DNA of 64,000 nucleotides from an uncultured Tenacibaculum sp. (GTDB lineage Bacteria; Bacteroidota; Bacteroidia; Flavobacteriales; Flavobacteriaceae): NCBI GenBank assembly GCA_947496185.1, contig CANMCD010000009.1, positions 88,115 to 152,114 of the forward strand, read 5' to 3'. Shown piece by piece: positions 61,329 to 64,000 of this stretch (position 1 is its first letter; each line of letters starts with the position of its first letter). The notes under the pieces were generated by a model. It saw only the letters and a program-made list of their open reading frames with translations, ran no database searches and was not told where the DNA came from. The position numbers and the translations under genes were made by a program.

Positions 61329-62336
61329 TTATTTAATAACCTGAGCTAATGTTTTTTGTTCTGACAACCATTTTTTATACTCAGCCTCTTCCACTACCGT
61401 AATCTTCATTTGCATATTGTAGTGAGATGCCCCACATATTTTATTACAAAGTAACAAATAATTAAATTCATACGGTTCTTCTCCCTTGGCAGCTCTGATT
61501 TTGTTTATTCCTTTTGTTTTGGCAATTACTTCCTCATTTTGTCTCATTTCTTCAGTCGTATACTTAGGCGTAAAAGCAAATTGCGTTACCATTCCTGGTA
61601 CACAGTTCATTTGCGCTCTAAAGTGCGGCATATAAGCCGAGTGTAATACATCCTGAGAACGGAACTTAAATAATATCTTTTTACCTTTTGGTAAATATAA
61701 TTCGGTTACTTGCTTGTCGTCTTGTGCTTTTGGATCAGACATGTCTACTCCCATCGTGTTAATTCCTTTAATAAAATTAACATTTCCTAATCCTAACTCA
61801 TTATCCTGACCAGCATATCGTGCATCCCATCTAAATTGTTGAGAATATACTTCGATGATAATTGGGTTTTCATCTTCTCCAACGTACATGATGTTATTCC
61901 ATTGCCACAATCCGTATCCGATTAAAATTACAATTGTCACTGCTGGAATAGATGTCCATAACAATTCTAATTTATGACTATCTGCATAGAACAAGGCTTT
62001 TTGGTTCTTGTTTCCTCTGTACTTATATGAGAAGAAAAAGATTAAAAATTGCATTCCAAATTGAACGATACCAATAAGCCAGAAAGTAATATCAAAAAGG
62101 TTATCATCATGTTCTCCTTCAATAGAAGCAGATTCTGGTAATAAATAAACATTCATTCCTATCAAGCAATAAATCATCATTGCATAAAGAAAAGCAAGGA
62201 AAAGCAATGCTATTTTACCCTGAGTATCATTGTCTTTGTCTGTAGCAATAACAGAACGAAAGTTCATAATACGTGTTATCTGCCAAAAGCTTACCCCTAT
62301 TGCAACTGCTATAAAAATATAAAATAAAGCGAGCAT
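61329..62336 (-). CDS. ctaC: Cytochrome c oxidase subunit II
   Basis: CuA ligands DVLHS...CNKICGASHYNM. Confidence 0.95.
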   Translation of the reverse strand: MLALFYIFIAVAIGVSFWQITRIMNFRSVIATDKDNDTQGKIALLFLAFLYAMMIYCLIGMNVYLLPESASIEGEHDDNLFDITFWLIGIVQFGMQFLIFFFSYKYRGNKNQKALFYADSHKLELLWTSIPAVTIVILIGYGLWQWNNIMYVGEDENPIIIEVYSQQFRWDARYAGQDNELGLGNVNFIKGINTMGVDMSDPKAQDDKQVTELYLPKGKKILFKFRSQDVLHSAYMPHFRAQMNCVPGMVTQFAFTPKYTTEEMRQNEEVIAKTKGINKIRAAKGEEPYEFNYLLLCNKICGASHYNMQMKITVVEEAEYKKWLSEQKTLAQVIK

Positions 62337-62369
62337 AATATCTTAACTATTGTTGTTTAATGTTGTTTA

Positions 62370-63767
62370 TTAATGATGATTACTATCTTCTCCTCTGTGT
62401 TCGATAATGTAGTAATGATGTGTTTCACTTTCATGTACGAAAGGATTTCCTTTTGCCAATGGATTGGCTTTTGCAAACGCACTAAAAGTACCATAAATGA
62501 ACAATCCTACGAAAAATAACAGTCCACTTATTTCACCCAATCCGAATCCCCATTGCCCACCAACGGTACCCGGCATAATCATTACGAATAAATCTACATA
62601 ATGTCCGATCAATATTACAATTCCCCCTAAGACAACTAACCAAGGAATACTTTTATAATCACTGTTGAGTAATAATAAAACAGGGAAAATAAAGTTTAAA
62701 GCAACCATTCCTAAAAATGGCACTTTATATTCATTAAAACGTTGTGCATAATAGGTCGTTTCCTCTGGCATGTCTGCATACCATATTAACATAAATTGTG
62801 CGAACCATAAGTATGTCCAGAATACTGAAAAACCAAACATAAATTTTGCTAAATCATGAATATGACTATCATTTACAAATGGTAATACGCCCTTTGAACG
62901 CAAGTAAATCGTAACTATAGCAATTACTGTTAACGCAGATACTAAGAAAGTGGCTAATACATACCATCCGAATAATGTTGAGAACCAGTGCGGGTCAATA
63001 CCCATGATCCAATCCCAAGACATCATTGATTCAGAAAGTAAAAAGAATACGATAAATGCTACAGAAATATTATAAATGTTTTTATGTAGTTTTAAATCAC
63101 CATTATCTTGTTGAAGTGATTTTTTTCTTAATATGAATCGGAAAACATTCCAACCCGCCAAGTAAAAAACTCCTCTAATAGCCCAACCCGGTACATTCAT
63201 CCACCAACTCTTTCTATCTACGATAGGATCGTAGTTTGGACTTTGTGGATCAAATACTCCTTCTCCCATCCAAGGGAATAAGTGATTAAAGTGCATTACT
63301 GTAAGTATTATAAATACTAACATAAAAGCACTAACATAATATATATTACTAGTGATGGCTTCCATTACTCTAAAAAGTACCACTGACCAACCTGCCTGAG
63401 CAACTCGTTGTGCTGCATAGAAAGCTAGTACTAATAAAGATACTCCTAAAAGGAACAACATAGGTACATAAAAGGCTGACCAAGGTCTGTTTTGCATTTG
63501 GTGAAAAGCATGTGCTGCATGGGCATCATGATCTGCTGCTTCTCCATGATGACTTGCTGCTTCACCACCGTGATGTGCTTCAGCCTTCTTTTCTTCACCA
63601 TGGCCAGCACCATGCCCACCGTGGTGTGCATCGTCTTGTTTTGCTAGAATTTCCTTTGCTTCTTCTAAAGTAGTCGGAGCTGACATAAAGTTATATGCAG
63701 TACCAATCAGACCGATTACCATCAAAGCGAGTGCAAATATTTTTAATTTTCCTGTAAACTGATACAT
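62370..63767 (-). CDS. actF: Alternative complex III membrane subunit (ActF-like)
   Basis: His-rich loop, WDWIM..PHWFSTLFG, IHDLAKFM, FSVFWTYLWFAQ, WYADMPEE; upstream of ctaC/ctaD as in Bacteroidota ACIII-aa3 operons. Confidence 0.8.
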   Translation of the reverse strand: MYQFTGKLKIFALALMVIGLIGTAYNFMSAPTTLEEAKEILAKQDDAHHGGHGAGHGEEKKAEAHHGGEAASHHGEAADHDAHAAHAFHQMQNRPWSAFYVPMLFLLGVSLLVLAFYAAQRVAQAGWSVVLFRVMEAITSNIYYVSAFMLVFIILTVMHFNHLFPWMGEGVFDPQSPNYDPIVDRKSWWMNVPGWAIRGVFYLAGWNVFRFILRKKSLQQDNGDLKLHKNIYNISVAFIVFFLLSESMMSWDWIMGIDPHWFSTLFGWYVLATFLVSALTVIAIVTIYLRSKGVLPFVNDSHIHDLAKFMFGFSVFWTYLWFAQFMLIWYADMPEETTYYAQRFNEYKVPFLGMVALNFIFPVLLLLNSDYKSIPWLVVLGGIVILIGHYVDLFVMIMPGTVGGQWGFGLGEISGLLFFVGLFIYGTFSAFAKANPLAKGNPFVHESETHHYYIIEHRGEDSNHH

Positions 63768-63791
63768 ATTTCTAAACTATCTATTATAGAA

Positions 63792-64000
63792 TTATTTTAA
63801 TTCGCTTTTTAATTTTTCAACGTATTGAACAACTTGCCAGCGCTCCTTATATCTTAATTGAGAAGCATGAGATCCCATCATATTTCTACCATGCATAATC
63901 ACATGATAAATGCTTCCTTCTGTAATATTTCTAGCAGGATCGTTATACTTTGGTATTCCTGTAAACTTATCTCTTTGAGATAATACTCCGTTACCGTCAC
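63792..64000 (-). CDS. actE: Cytochrome c lipoprotein (ActE-like), 5' part outside window
   Basis: Hand translation DGNG...ITEGSIYHVIMHGRNMMGSHASQL..ERWQVVQYV, stop at 63792-63794. Confidence 0.72.
   Translation of the reverse strand, partial: DGNGVLSQRDKFTGIPKYNDPARNITEGSIYHVIMHGRNMMGSHASQLRYKERWQVVQYVEKLKSELK

Overview
AT-rich chromosomal window from a marine Flavobacteriaceae (Bacteroidota; Tenacibaculum-like by gene content: Na+-NQR, alternative complex III/aa3 oxidase, TAnnTTTG promoters; inference). The first ~17 kb is a co-oriented, AraC-associated hybrid biosynthetic locus: TonB-dependent receptor, surface lipoprotein, MATE, ABC permease with a catalytically dead M1-peptidase domain, ABC ATPase, FAAL-ACP, and a KS-AT-ACP-Cy PKS/NRPS that runs off the left edge. 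The KS (Cys-Asn-Asn triad) and AT (Ser->Gly, internal deletion) are degenerate, suggesting a fatty-acyl-azoline metallophore pathway with its own uptake and export; a 21-bp tandem repeat sits in its divergent control region. The rest is mostly core genome: nqrA-F, DEAD helicase, polA, two tRNA-Gln, pruA, rsmG, a desaturase, an aminotransferase, a SulP/MBL/rhodanese cluster, ruvB and actE-actF-ctaC-ctaD. Interspersed are Cys-repeat lipoproteins, two small ORFs below the ORF-track cutoff, a dispersed palindromic element, and the fossil of a tandem duplication (decayed hemolysin-III and pruA tails at 48.9-49.3 kb) that left two Omp28-like paralogs around a TlpA/DUF6029-like pair.
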